Positions 35,383 to 45,858 of a DNA stretch of 64,000 bases are shown piece by piece. Origin of the DNA: an uncultured bacterium (lineage in GTDB: Bacteria > Omnitrophota > Omnitrophia > Omnitrophales > CAZLUT01). The translations under genes and the position numbers were made by a program. The notes beneath the pieces are model-generated. The model ran no database searches. It was not told the DNA's origin and saw only the letters and a list, made by a program, of their open reading frames with translations. Location: NCBI GenBank assembly GCA_964562805.1, contig CAZLUT010000002.1:1172-65171 (forward strand), in the 5' to 3' direction. Within the stretch, counting starts at the first letter, position 1. Each line of letters opens with the position of its first letter.

Positions 35383-37260
35383 ATGAGTATATTCTATCTA
35401 GTCGAAGATGATGATGCTTCCCTCGATTATTCGGATGGTACCATTGTCTCGCTGACACCTAAGGCTAACGAGTCTTTACGCCGCCGGGGATTAAAATATA
35501 AAATCATTGAGGATTATTATTCAGAAAAAGAATTATGCGCAAATGAGGTAGATTATTTTGATGCGCAGCTGAAATGGTTTGACGAATTTGATGAATTTTT
35601 AAAGAAAAATATTTCATTTTGTCATAAGTACGATATTGGCCTTGCCGCCGCTCACCATAATCGAATTATTTATCTTGTTGATTCCTTGATCATTCGTGCT
35701 CGGATATTGGAAGAGTTTGTTAAAAATACAAAACCAAGTGAAATACGCATTGTTAGCCTGGGCACTAAGAACGAAGGGGATTTCTCGATTTATAATTTTT
35801 TTAGAAAAGAACGCTGGTCTCTTTTACCTTTGATTAAACTTAATTCTAACGAAAAGATAAAAGGAATATCCGTGCGATGGATGACAAGAGATTTAGCAGA
35901 AACAAAAGCTTTATTTAGTCCTAGCAATAAAACAAGCCCCTTTTCACAATTGGCTAAACCGGTATTTAAAGAATGTATCGCCCCCTTCAAGCGATATTTT
36001 TATTATAAGAAAATCGCTGACCATTTGATTGAAAAGCCGGCCCAATCTTTGCATTCCATTCTTCTTCTTGATGCAGGCTCTGCGGCAATTGATTTTTTGA
36101 TGGGGAAGGTGATTCGTTCAGGAGGTCGCGTATTTTTCAAAGATAATGATGAAATATCTTTGATTAATTCTTTGACAGGGCAAAAGCAGAAGATATCAGA
36201 GGCAAGTAGTCTCGAAACCATGAGTCATGAGGAATGTAAAAAGGCGGCAGATAAATTAGCCGTTTCCGGGCTTTTAGAATGGGTCAATCAATATACAAAT
36301 CTTGATATTACTGCAATTGTTGAACCTTATCTGAGACACTTCATCGAAAGAATAATTCCTAAGATTATCAAAGAAATTAGATATCTGTTGGATTTTTTAA
36401 AGCAAAATTCTGTCGATGCTATAGTCGCAAGAGCTAGCGTGGGAGAAAACTACACGGCAGCGCTGCTAGCAGCTCAGATTTTAAATATTCCTAGGATTTG
36501 TTTTCAGCATAGCGTAGGTCCCCTGGATATGAAAAGCTGGGTAGTTGATGAGCTTAATTTGTTTGATCATAATTTTGCAATCAGTACGCCTTCCAGGCAA
36601 TATTTTGAAAAAGAAGCAGCCCAAAACCCTAAATTTTCATGTAAAATTCGAGAATGCTCAGATAACCTGCTTGCGTTAAAAAAACAGCGCAAACAACCGC
36701 AAAACGCAAAGCCTTGTCTTATTTATTGTCCGTCTAAAGTGCCTTTTGGGATGCGGCATTTTAATACATTATATTATCCGGTGACTTGGTATTTTGAATT
36801 TCAAAAGCAAATACTTACCTTATTATCCAATAATTCCGAGTATGATATTATTTATAAACATTTAGACAGCCAAGAATGGGCCAATCAATCGGTTATCCCG
36901 TGGCTTAAAGAAAAGAATTTTCAAAATATTCAAATTAAAACAGGCCCTTTTAAGCGGTATTTAAATAAGGCCGATCGGGTTTTATTTGATTATCCATCAA
37001 CAGGTTTATTCGAAACGGCAGCTGCTGGGATTCCGGTTTTTTCGCTATGTTATGATTCTGGGAAAATATGGCCGTCAATGCAGGAAGTTTTTGGCCGTTC
37101 CCTCCAGTATTTTAGCGATATTCAAGATGCCTTAGATAAAATCAGCGGATATTTAAAGGATCCAGCAGATCTTTATAAGATCAATCTTCCTTTATCCGAC
37201 TCAAATAATTCAGAATATTTGAGTCGCATTATCGCAAGAAAAAAAGAAGTTTATGTCTAA
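35383..37260 (+). CDS. Large GT-B-fold transferase, TagF-like CDP-alcohol/CMP-sugar-dependent transferase candidate
   Basis: The C-terminal Rossmann half (CLIYCPSKVPFGMRHF...DYPSTGLFETAAAGIPVF) resembles the Glyphos_transf/GT-B C-domain. N-terminal 300 aa of unknown function. Confidence 0.35.
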   Translation: MSIFYLVEDDDASLDYSDGTIVSLTPKANESLRRRGLKYKIIEDYYSEKELCANEVDYFDAQLKWFDEFDEFLKKNISFCHKYDIGLAAAHHNRIIYLVDSLIIRARILEEFVKNTKPSEIRIVSLGTKNEGDFSIYNFFRKERWSLLPLIKLNSNEKIKGISVRWMTRDLAETKALFSPSNKTSPFSQLAKPVFKECIAPFKRYFYYKKIADHLIEKPAQSLHSILLLDAGSAAIDFLMGKVIRSGGRVFFKDNDEISLINSLTGQKQKISEASSLETMSHEECKKAADKLAVSGLLEWVNQYTNLDITAIVEPYLRHFIERIIPKIIKEIRYLLDFLKQNSVDAIVARASVGENYTAALLAAQILNIPRICFQHSVGPLDMKSWVVDELNLFDHNFAISTPSRQYFEKEAAQNPKFSCKIRECSDNLLALKKQRKQPQNAKPCLIYCPSKVPFGMRHFNTLYYPVTWYFEFQKQILTLLSNNSEYDIIYKHLDSQEWANQSVIPWLKEKNFQNIQIKTGPFKRYLNKADRVLFDYPSTGLFETAAAGIPVFSLCYDSGKIWPSMQEVFGRSLQYFSDIQDALDKISGYLKDPADLYKINLPLSDSNNSEYLSRIIARKKEVYV

Positions 37261-38722
37261 AAGAAAAGAGATTTTGAAGCAGGCCGGAGTTTATTCAGGC
37301 GGCTCTGTATTAACGCAATTGATCACTGTGGTTGCCGGTATTTTATGCCGGCGTTTTTTAGGGCCGCTTCAAATGGGTATCTGGTCAACTCTTCAAATTA
37401 TTCTCGACTATTCTAAATATTCGACGCTAGGCGTCATGAATGCTGTCTCCCGTGAAATTCCTTACCATATGGGGAAGGGAGAAGAAGGCGCTGCTGAGAA
37501 GATTAAAAATATTACGTTTACCTTTATTGTTGTCACTTCTATTTTTATTGGCCTATGCTTTGTTGGTTTTGTTTTGTTGACACGCGGATATTTTACGCCG
37601 GAATTGACTTACGGCCTTTTTTTTATTGCCGCGATTATCTTTTTGCAAAGAATTAATAATTTATTTATTTCGCTTCTAAGAAGTTATAAAGAATTTTCTT
37701 TAGCAGCAAAACAAATGGTTTTATCTGCTCTAGTAAATGCGGTCTTGGTAGCTTTTTTGACATATTTTTTTAAAATTTATGGGTTCATGTGCTCTGTGGC
37801 GCTGAGTTTTGTTTTTAATATTGTTTATATACAGCTGCATTACAAATTTCATTTTCGCTGGCAATTCAGCTTGAGGCCGCTTTGGCCCCTTATTAGATTT
37901 GGATTTCCTTTAATGATTATTGGTTTATTAATAACCGTGCTCAGAAGCATTGATAAGATCATGATCGTTAAAATGCTAGGATTTGAAAGTTTGGGTCTTT
38001 ATAGTATCGCGATAATGATTTATGGCTATGCGGGCAGCTTTTCCACATCAATTGCCGTTGTGCTATTTCCTCACTTTCAGGAAAAATTCGGAAAAAGTGA
38101 TAGGCCGGAAGATCTTAAAAATTATCTGTTAAAAGCATCAAAGGCATTCGCCCTATCCATGCCGGTCATTATTGGATTAATTTGGACAGCGGCACCTTTT
38201 TTCGCCGCATGGTTTCTTCCACAGTACATTTCGGGTATTCCGGCAATGAAAAACTTAAGTTTGGCCTTATTTTTTATTGCCCTTACGCAGCCCTATCAAG
38301 ATTTTTTAATTACAACTAAAAAACATTTCTTTTTATTCCCTTTGCTCAGTCTTTCTTCTTTGCTCGCTTTTCTTCTTGATTACGCGGTTATACGTTTGGG
38401 ATATGGAATTACTGGCGTTGCATATATGACAGCCATGGTATTTATGATCAATTTTATAACGACTTATCTTTTAAGTGCCCGTTATATTGCGGATCGGAAG
38501 ACCATTATTGTTTATTTATTGAAATTTTTTGCGTGTTTTGCATATTTAATACTAATTCTTTTTGGTATCAATTCATCAATATCGGTTGAAGCCTTATCCC
38601 TAAAAGAAGCTATTGTAAAAACGGCCGTCTTTTTATTATTATGTTTACCTTATTTCATAGTATTAAACAAAGAGTTTGGACTGATTGCCTTGATTAAAAA
38701 GAAATTTATTGGAGAAAAATAA
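37253..38722 (+). CDS. wzx: Wzx-type oligosaccharide flippase (MOP superfamily, PST family)
   Basis: Roughly 12-14 TM helices. N-terminal pattern KQAGVYSGGSVLTQLITVVAGILCRRFLGP is typical of the polysaccharide biosynthesis protein family. Confidence 0.7.
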   Translation: MSKRKEILKQAGVYSGGSVLTQLITVVAGILCRRFLGPLQMGIWSTLQIILDYSKYSTLGVMNAVSREIPYHMGKGEEGAAEKIKNITFTFIVVTSIFIGLCFVGFVLLTRGYFTPELTYGLFFIAAIIFLQRINNLFISLLRSYKEFSLAAKQMVLSALVNAVLVAFLTYFFKIYGFMCSVALSFVFNIVYIQLHYKFHFRWQFSLRPLWPLIRFGFPLMIIGLLITVLRSIDKIMIVKMLGFESLGLYSIAIMIYGYAGSFSTSIAVVLFPHFQEKFGKSDRPEDLKNYLLKASKAFALSMPVIIGLIWTAAPFFAAWFLPQYISGIPAMKNLSLALFFIALTQPYQDFLITTKKHFFLFPLLSLSSLLAFLLDYAVIRLGYGITGVAYMTAMVFMINFITTYLLSARYIADRKTIIVYLLKFFACFAYLILILFGINSSISVEALSLKEAIVKTAVFLLLCLPYFIVLNKEFGLIALIKKKFIGEK

Positions 38723-39654
38723 TGAATTGTCGAATCGTTGTCTTGAACTATAACGGCGAGCATTATATTAAAAAATGTCTCCCTTCCATCTTGAAAGCGG
38801 CCCAAGGCGCGTCGCACCCGGCTCGAGTAACTGTTTTGGATAATCAGAGCACGGACCGGAGCCTCGAAATTATTCACTCGCAATTTCCGGAAGTTGAAGT
38901 GGATGTGGCGCCCGAAAACAAAGTTTATTGCTCTTATAATGACTATTTCCGAAAAATAGAAGAGCCGATCGTTATTATTCTTAATAATGATATTCGAGTA
39001 GAAGAAGATTTCATCGACCCTTTGCTAAAGGCCTTCGAAGAAGATCCTGGACTTTTTTTAGTCACCCCGAAAACAATGAATTTTGACGGCACCGAATACG
39101 AAGGCGGAATAAGCCAAAGCCGGATCAAATTTGGACTTTTTTGGCATAGCAGCCGGTTTTTGGGATACGAAAGAAAGCTTCATATCCCAAGCTGTACCAT
39201 GGCAGCAGGATTTGGCGCCTTTAACAGAAAAAAGTTATTAGAGCTAGGCGGCTTCGACGATCTTTTTTTACCTGGGCGGTTGGAAGATAATGATGTCTGT
39301 TTTCGCGCCTGGCGGATAGGATGGGAGTGTTATTATGTGCCGCAATCCATCGTCTACCATGTAGGCGGAAAGGCTTTTCATGACAAATTTGGAAAGCGGG
39401 AAACTCTTATTTTAGGACACCGGAATTCTTTTCTTTTTTTCTGGAAAAATATTCGTTCATTTCGGTATTGGTTTGAGCATCTGCTGCTGCTGGGACCAAG
39501 GCTTTCGTTTGCGATTTTAACAGGAAATCGAGAGTTGGCAGTCGGATTTAAAAGAGCTTTACCGCTTCTGAAGGAGGCTTTTAAAAGGAGGCGAGCTACA
39601 GAAAATGAATCCTCAGCAAGAAAAGATAAAGAAATTTTTAAAATGGTTCCTTAA
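38722..39654 (+). CDS. GT2 glycosyltransferase
   Basis: IVVLNYNGEHYIKKCLPSIL, VLDNQSTD and the DxD region NNDIRVEEDF. TAATG overlap with the upstream gene. Confidence 0.75.
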   Translation: MNCRIVVLNYNGEHYIKKCLPSILKAAQGASHPARVTVLDNQSTDRSLEIIHSQFPEVEVDVAPENKVYCSYNDYFRKIEEPIVIILNNDIRVEEDFIDPLLKAFEEDPGLFLVTPKTMNFDGTEYEGGISQSRIKFGLFWHSSRFLGYERKLHIPSCTMAAGFGAFNRKKLLELGGFDDLFLPGRLEDNDVCFRAWRIGWECYYVPQSIVYHVGGKAFHDKFGKRETLILGHRNSFLFFWKNIRSFRYWFEHLLLLGPRLSFAILTGNRELAVGFKRALPLLKEAFKRRRATENESSARKDKEIFKMVP

Positions 39655-39674
39655 TCTTTAGGAAGGTTCTGCAA

Positions 39675-41234
39675 ATGAAAATTATAAAAAACGTTCTTAT
39701 TAATTTAACAGTTGCTGCTGTCAGTATTGTTTTGGTCTTTGGCGGCCTAGAATTTAGCTATAGAACCTTTGCTAGTGAGCGGGTATCCACATATTTTGAT
39801 GAGCAAACCGAAAAAGCCCTAGGGAAACCTGTTCCTAAGAAAGGAAAGGACGAATATCGTATTTTTATATTTGGCGGCTCATCGGCGTATGGATTTCCGG
39901 TTTCAGATCGTTTTTCGATCGCCGCTTGGCTCAGAAAAAGTTTCCCGCATTTGCTCCCCCAAAAAAAGGTAACGGTTATTAATTGTGCTTGGCCAGGGAA
40001 GTCTAGCCATCATGTTTTGGAGGGTGCCCGCACTGTTTTAAAGTATAAGCCGGATTTATTTATTATTTTTGAGGGACATAATGATGTGACCGTAAGCAAC
40101 CGTTTATACCTTGATAATTGGCTTTATTGGCTCAATTTCAGGATATTTTATGCAAGCCATGCTTACCAGTATTTGCATAAGAGACTTAGCCGGATGCGTA
40201 AGAAGCTGGTTTATGGCCGTGCCGGGCATGTCGAAAAGCAGCATCGAGAAGAGGTGATTGCGCAAAAAGTTTACAAAGAAGAAGGGTTTGATGAAGCCGA
40301 GTATGATCGCATCCTAAATCGCTGGGCAAAGAACATGGAGAGTGTCGTTAAGATCGCAGAAAGAAATGCGATCTCGGTTATGTTTTTAAGCATGCCGTCA
40401 AACATCCGCGATATTCCTCCTGCCCAATCGTCTCACCGCTCGGATTTGAGTCCTGCACAGCTTCAAAGTTGGAAACTTTTGTTCAATGAGGGCGGGAAAT
40501 ACGAAAAAGAAGGCAAATGGAAGGAGGCTCTCAAGTCTTTTCAAATGGCAGCAGGCATCGACCCGACTTACGCAGGACTCCAATATTATATGGGGCGTGT
40601 TTATGAGGGAATGGGAAAATATGAGAAGGCGAAGGAACATTATGTTTTAGCGCGTGACTTGGACAGGCTTTCAATCCGATCTAAGACGAAATTGAACAGT
40701 AGAATGAAAGAGATTGTCGATAAAAATAACCTGCCATTTGTCGATGTGGTCGGGATCTTGGAAAAGGTATCGCCTAATGGGATCATTTCAAGTGAATTAA
40801 TTTATGATGATGTCCACCCAACTGTGGTGGCGCAGCAAATGATAACGGACCAGATATTAAGAGAGCTGTGGCAAAAAGGCGAAGTGGATCCTTCGTCCGA
40901 ATGGTATTGGGAAAAATTGAAAGAAGCTAAGCAGGGTGAGGAATGGAAGGTTGATGGCGGAGTTGATGGTTACCGATATGTTCTTCAAGGGCTGTATCTT
41001 TGGGAGCATGATTATTGCAAGGAGGCAATACCGGAACTTAAAAAAAGTCTTGAAAAAATGCCCTCATTTATCGATTCGTACGCATTTTTAGGCGATTGTT
41101 ATATGAGGACAGATAACAAAAAGAAGGCTGCCGAAAGTTTTAATAAGCTCAAATCTGAAAACAAAGAGCACTTCGATAAGCTGATTGAAAAATACCCCCA
41201 GCTTAAAGAAAGCTATTCAAGGTCGATTGATTAA
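39675..41234 (+). CDS. SGNH/GDSL-like hydrolase domain plus C-terminal TPR repeats, signal-anchored
   Basis: N-terminal TM. IFIFGGSSAYGFP is a GDSL-like block I. The DxxH-like DDVHP lies near the C-terminus of the hydrolase domain. TPR-like YMGRVYEGMGKYEKAKEHY. Confidence 0.45.
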   Translation: MKIIKNVLINLTVAAVSIVLVFGGLEFSYRTFASERVSTYFDEQTEKALGKPVPKKGKDEYRIFIFGGSSAYGFPVSDRFSIAAWLRKSFPHLLPQKKVTVINCAWPGKSSHHVLEGARTVLKYKPDLFIIFEGHNDVTVSNRLYLDNWLYWLNFRIFYASHAYQYLHKRLSRMRKKLVYGRAGHVEKQHREEVIAQKVYKEEGFDEAEYDRILNRWAKNMESVVKIAERNAISVMFLSMPSNIRDIPPAQSSHRSDLSPAQLQSWKLLFNEGGKYEKEGKWKEALKSFQMAAGIDPTYAGLQYYMGRVYEGMGKYEKAKEHYVLARDLDRLSIRSKTKLNSRMKEIVDKNNLPFVDVVGILEKVSPNGIISSELIYDDVHPTVVAQQMITDQILRELWQKGEVDPSSEWYWEKLKEAKQGEEWKVDGGVDGYRYVLQGLYLWEHDYCKEAIPELKKSLEKMPSFIDSYAFLGDCYMRTDNKKKAAESFNKLKSENKEHFDKLIEKYPQLKESYSRSID

Positions 41235-41983
41235 TGGCTATTTCGGCTGTCATCATTGCTTGCGATGAAGAAAAAAAGATTGAGGAATGCCTTCGTTCTA
41301 TTGATTGGGTAGATGAAATTATTCTTGTTGATGCTGAAAGTAAAGATAAAACGGCTGAAATAGCAAAGCGATACCGCGCTAAAGTTTACCAGCGGGTATT
41401 TGATAATTTTTCAAATCAAAAAAATTATGGCCTTCGTGAAGCAAAGGGAGACTGGATATTATCGATTGATGCCGATGAAAGAGTAACGCCCGAGCTTCGC
41501 GAGTCTCTCGAATTTATAAATCTTAACGGCTCAGCCTGTAATGGATTTTATTTATTAAGAAAAAACCAGATATTTGGAAAATATTTTTATTTTGGAGGAA
41601 ATGGTCCTGAAAAACTACTTCGTTTTTTTAAGAAAGGAATGGGCTGGTTTGAACGGCCTGTTCATGAAAAGGTAGTTGTGGATGGAAAAATAGGAGAGGT
41701 AAAGGGAGAGCTGCTTCACCTTAGCACCACTTCTTTTACTGATTACAAACGAAAACTTCATTTGTATACAAAATTTGAGGCCGAAAAAATGGCTGAAAAT
41801 AAAATGAACGCAAACTTTTCTGATATTTGGCTGAAGCCAATGGCTCGGTTTTTTTATTTTTATTTAGTTAAATTGGGTTTTTTAGATGGGTTGAAGGGAC
41901 TTTTTTACCAAGCTTTATCTTCTTATTACTTGCATTTGAAATATCAAAAATTAAAAAAGATGCTGAAAGCACAGAAAATATAA
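41234..41983 (+). CDS. GT2 glycosyltransferase (WaaE/KdtX-like)
   Basis: ISAVIIACDEEKKIEECLRSIDWVDEIILVDAESKDKT and SIDADER. TAATG overlap with the upstream gene. Confidence 0.75.
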   Translation: MAISAVIIACDEEKKIEECLRSIDWVDEIILVDAESKDKTAEIAKRYRAKVYQRVFDNFSNQKNYGLREAKGDWILSIDADERVTPELRESLEFINLNGSACNGFYLLRKNQIFGKYFYFGGNGPEKLLRFFKKGMGWFERPVHEKVVVDGKIGEVKGELLHLSTTSFTDYKRKLHLYTKFEAEKMAENKMNANFSDIWLKPMARFFYFYLVKLGFLDGLKGLFYQALSSYYLHLKYQKLKKMLKAQKI

Positions 41984-41985
41984 AT

Positions 41986-43062
41986 ATGAGAATAGGCGTT
42001 GATATTCAAGCAGCAAAAGGAAAGGTTACTGGGTTAGGGGTTTATGCGAAGTGTTTGTCGGAAGCTTTGCCTAGACGAAACAAGGGAAACCATAATGTCA
42101 GCTTTTTGAATGCCAAGCAAGATGGGGACTGGAACACCATTGAAAGGCTCTTTTGGGAAAATTGGACATTACCCAAACTAGCTAAAGAAAATCAGATTGA
42201 TTTGTTACACGTAACTGCTTATGCGCCGCCTTTTCACAAAACGTGCAAGCTGGTAGTGACCGTCCATGATTTGATTGGGATGGCATTTCCTAATCAATTA
42301 GGGTGGCCAAGCCGATTGTATTGGGGGTATTGGCTGCCGCAGGCGGTCAAAAAAGCAGACAGGATCATTGCGGACTCAGAACATACAAAAAAAGACATCA
42401 TAAAATTTCTTAAAATTCCAGCTGGAAAAATCAAAGTTATTTATTTAGCTCCTCCGCAGGGATTTAAAACAATAAGAGATTCATTGAATATAGGAAAAAT
42501 TAAAAGCCGGCTAGGCATTCAAAAAGAATATTTTTTAACAGTTGGGACTTTGGAGCCACGGAAGAATTTTATCAGAGCGTTAAAAGCATTTTCTAGGTTT
42601 AAATCAGAAACTCAAGATAAGAGGTTTCAATTAGTTGTAGCGGGATCTAAGAATTTTGCTCACAGTGCATATTTCGAAGAACATTTTAAACCCTTTATGT
42701 CAGAAGATATTGTTTTCACAGGATATGTGTCGAATGAAGATTTGAATGAGCTTTATTCATCTGCTTGCGCTTTTTTATTTCCGTCTCTTTATGAAGGGTT
42801 CGGATTTCCTGTTTTAGAAGCTTTTTCTTCTGGAACAGCTGTTTTGACATCTCGAGCCACCTCTTTGCCTGAGGTGGCAGGCGAGGCGGCTTTATATGTC
42901 GACCCTTTAAATATAGACGATATTACCAAGGGTATTAAAATTCTTGCCGAAGACGAAACTTTGAGAGAAAAATTAGTCGGTAAAGGGCTGGAAAGAGTTA
43001 AGGAATTTTCATGGGAAAAAACAGCGGATGAAACGATAAAGGTATATGAGGAGTTATCATGA
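41986..43062 (+). CDS. GT4 (GT-B) glycosyltransferase
   Basis: FPSLYEGFGFPVLEAFSSGTAVLTS is the EX7E motif region. Confidence 0.85.
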   Translation: MRIGVDIQAAKGKVTGLGVYAKCLSEALPRRNKGNHNVSFLNAKQDGDWNTIERLFWENWTLPKLAKENQIDLLHVTAYAPPFHKTCKLVVTVHDLIGMAFPNQLGWPSRLYWGYWLPQAVKKADRIIADSEHTKKDIIKFLKIPAGKIKVIYLAPPQGFKTIRDSLNIGKIKSRLGIQKEYFLTVGTLEPRKNFIRALKAFSRFKSETQDKRFQLVVAGSKNFAHSAYFEEHFKPFMSEDIVFTGYVSNEDLNELYSSACAFLFPSLYEGFGFPVLEAFSSGTAVLTSRATSLPEVAGEAALYVDPLNIDDITKGIKILAEDETLREKLVGKGLERVKEFSWEKTADETIKVYEELS

Positions 43063-43754
43063 AATTATCAAATGAAGATCAAGCGGTATTAAAAAACATT
43101 CAATCTGAATATGATCATCTGTTTGAAACTGATCCTATTCGCGACGAAGACAGGGCTTATCAATGGTTTACGAATCAAGTGTTTAAAAATAAACCCGAGG
43201 CGGTTAGCTTATTAGACATCGCCTGCGGAGCGGGATATTTTCTAAAAAATTTGAAAGAAAAATTCGGTTCCGCCTGTTCATTGAATGGAATTGATTTTTC
43301 ATCCAAAGCGCTTGAACTTGCAAAAAACGAATGTCCCGGAGCTTCACTTTACCAGGGGCCGGCCGAAGACCTGCCTTTTGAAAAAGAAGCTTTCGATGCT
43401 GTTACCTGCCTGGGAAGTTTGGAGCATTTTTTTAATGCTGAAGGGGCTTTAAATGAAATGAAGAGGGTATCTAAGCCGGGCGCTCGCGTGTTTATTTTGG
43501 TTCCCAATATTTTTTGGTATAAAGATTTTTTGTCGGTGCTTTTTACAGGTACCCGAAAAACGCGTAATCAGTCTCATGAGACGTTTTTGAGTTTGGGAGA
43601 GTGGAAAGATGTTCTGGTGAAGGGCGGGTTAAAAGTAGTAAAAACTGAAAAATATAACGGTATTGCCAAGGCTAAATGGAAGCAAACGATTAAAGATCTG
43701 GTGATCCCAACTCGATTCTCTTACCATTTTTTATTCGTTTGCACTGTTGATTGA
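43059..43754 (+). CDS. Class I SAM-dependent methyltransferase
   Basis: LLDIACGAGYFLKNL motif I and CLGSLEHF. ATGA overlap with the upstream gene. Confidence 0.7.
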   Translation: MKLSNEDQAVLKNIQSEYDHLFETDPIRDEDRAYQWFTNQVFKNKPEAVSLLDIACGAGYFLKNLKEKFGSACSLNGIDFSSKALELAKNECPGASLYQGPAEDLPFEKEAFDAVTCLGSLEHFFNAEGALNEMKRVSKPGARVFILVPNIFWYKDFLSVLFTGTRKTRNQSHETFLSLGEWKDVLVKGGLKVVKTEKYNGIAKAKWKQTIKDLVIPTRFSYHFLFVCTVD

Positions 43755-43757
43755 AAA

Positions 43758-44288
43758 ATGAAAATCAAGCGTCTTAGCCGTAAAAAAATTGCCAAAGGGT
43801 ATTGTTTTGAAATGGTTACTGATCGTGTGGTGTGGCCAAATAGAAAAGTGTTAAAACGCGACCTGATCATTCATGGCGGTATTAGCGTTATTGTTCCTGT
43901 TGTGGACAAAAAAAATCTGATTTTAATTCGCCAGTTTCGCTACGGAGTGGCTGGTTATATTTGGGAGGCGCCGGCGGGGACTATTGCAAAAAATGAGACG
44001 CCGCTTGCATGTGCCAAGCGCGAAATTTCTGAAGAAATTGGTTATAAAGCAAAAACCTGGAAAAAGCTTGGCCGATGTTTTACATCGCCCGGCTATAACA
44101 CAGAAATCATTCATTGTTTTGCCGCATCCCGCTTAAAAGAGACGCAAACCCAACTTGAGGAAGATGAGGTTTTGAGAGCAGAAATTTTTTCGATGGACGA
44201 AGTGAAGCAAATGATTAATTCTAAAAAAATTCAGGATGCCAAAACCTTACTTGCCCTTTCTTATTTTTTTGCGGGCAAGAATAAATAA
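43758..44288 (+). CDS. Nudix hydrolase
   Basis: Nudix box GTIAKNETPLACAKREISEEIGY (Gx5Ex7REuxEExGu). Confidence 0.75.
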   Translation: MKIKRLSRKKIAKGYCFEMVTDRVVWPNRKVLKRDLIIHGGISVIVPVVDKKNLILIRQFRYGVAGYIWEAPAGTIAKNETPLACAKREISEEIGYKAKTWKKLGRCFTSPGYNTEIIHCFAASRLKETQTQLEEDEVLRAEIFSMDEVKQMINSKKIQDAKTLLALSYFFAGKNK

Positions 44289-44294
44289 GATTAA

Positions 44295-45068
44295 TTACTT
44301 TTTACTTGTCTTAATCAAGAGAATCGTAGCAAATTTTCTTGGGATCACTCTAGCTTCAAGCCAAGCAATCCCCATATAAAAAGCATTAAGGACCTTAAAG
44401 CATCCGGCAAACAAAGGATTAACAGGCTTGTTTTGCGGAGTTTTTTGGAGGGCAGTTATTTTCTTTCTTTTAATTTTTAAATCAAAAATTGTAACGGCAA
44501 GCCACATAGCTATTTTATCCAGAAAGCCAACGACCTTTTTAATCTCGATAGGCTCAAGTTTCGCAGCGTTCAAATTTTGAGTCAACTCATCGAGATTATA
44601 ACGTCGGTAATGCTCAACAAATTTATCGTCCTTGGCATAATAAAATTTCTGATGCGGAATGGTGACAATTAATTTACCGCCTGTTTTTGTGATCCGGCTT
44701 AACTCATTAATGGCTTTTTGGTCATCTTTCAAATGTTCTAAAACTTCTGAGGAAAGAGTATGGCTAAAAGCACCGTCTTTAAAAGGAAGCCGCGCTGCAT
44801 CAGCCGCCACATAAAGTCCTTTTTGATTAATTTTTCTTAAAGCCCTAAGAGCGTTTAATGAAAGATCAGAATACACAATTTTTTCCGTTTTGGTCATGAC
44901 AGGTGACATGCCGGAGCCTATTTCGCCGATTAAGTCGTAGTTTTCATTTTTCAATGAATTTTCAACAGCTCGTTTTCTGAGGCGATAATTGTAAAGATAA
45001 TTTTTGAGCGCGACATAGTTGTCTTCTGTAAAAAAATCATCAAATCGATTATCGTGACCTTGAGTCAT
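44295..45068 (-). CDS. Class I SAM-dependent methyltransferase
   Basis: LIGEIGSGMSP glycine-rich motif I, acidic motif II VYSDLS, and motif LSSEVLEHL. Confidence 0.6.
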   Translation of the reverse strand: MTQGHDNRFDDFFTEDNYVALKNYLYNYRLRKRAVENSLKNENYDLIGEIGSGMSPVMTKTEKIVYSDLSLNALRALRKINQKGLYVAADAARLPFKDGAFSHTLSSEVLEHLKDDQKAINELSRITKTGGKLIVTIPHQKFYYAKDDKFVEHYRRYNLDELTQNLNAAKLEPIEIKKVVGFLDKIAMWLAVTIFDLKIKRKKITALQKTPQNKPVNPLFAGCFKVLNAFYMGIAWLEARVIPRKFATILLIKTSKK

Positions 45069-45081
45069 TAATTTGCAGAAA

Positions 45082-45858
45082 TTAGGAGGTTAAAAAAAGG
45101 CGTTTATTTTGGTCAGTTCTTTTTTCAAAAATGGGGAAGTGACAAAAACCCAGCTTTTCCAGCAAGTACTTAACGCTAGTTCCTAAAACACCCAACCCAT
45201 ACTTGATGGAGCGGCTAAAGTTGATCGAGGAAGCTTCAGGGAAATATTTGGTAGGACAGGAAATTTCACCAATGCGGTAATTAAAAAAAGCTGCCTGAGC
45301 CAAAAATTGATTATCAAAAATGAAGTCGTTGCTATTGGCTTCAAGGGGCAAATTTTCCAAAACACGCCGGTGGAAAGCGCGGTATCCCGTGTGGTATTCA
45401 GATAATTTCTCTCCCAATAATAAGTTTTGCGTCAGGGTTAAGAATCGATTTGCGATATATTTATGAAGGGGCATTCCGCCTCTTAATGTGGTGTTGCCCA
45501 GAATTCGTGATCCTAAAACCACGTCGTAAATGCCGGATGCGATCATGGCAGTCATTGCCGTTATCAATTTAGGGGTATATTGGTAATCAGGATGCATCAT
45601 TACCACAATATCAGCCTCACGTTTAAGGGCTTCCAGGTAGCAGGTTTTTTGATTAGCTCCATAGCCTTTGTTATGAGGGTGAATAACGGTAGTGATCCCA
45701 AGTTTTTTTGCCACTCTTAAAGTTCCATCGCTTGAAGCATCGTCAACCAGAATAATATTGTCTACATAGTCAAAAGGTATTTCCTGATAAGTTGTTTCCA
45801 ATGTTCGCTCAGCATTGTAAGCCGGCATCACAACAATAACTTTTTGCCCTAAAATCAC
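45082..45858 (-). CDS. GT2 glycosyltransferase, polyprenol-phosphate sugar synthase-like
   Basis: [33 protein letters not shown] and DxD MHPDYQY. Confidence 0.75.
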   Translation of the reverse strand: MILGQKVIVVMPAYNAERTLETTYQEIPFDYVDNIILVDDASSDGTLRVAKKLGITTVIHPHNKGYGANQKTCYLEALKREADIVVMMHPDYQYTPKLITAMTAMIASGIYDVVLGSRILGNTTLRGGMPLHKYIANRFLTLTQNLLLGEKLSEYHTGYRAFHRRVLENLPLEANSNDFIFDNQFLAQAAFFNYRIGEISCPTKYFPEASSINFSRSIKYGLGVLGTSVKYLLEKLGFCHFPIFEKRTDQNKRLFLTS

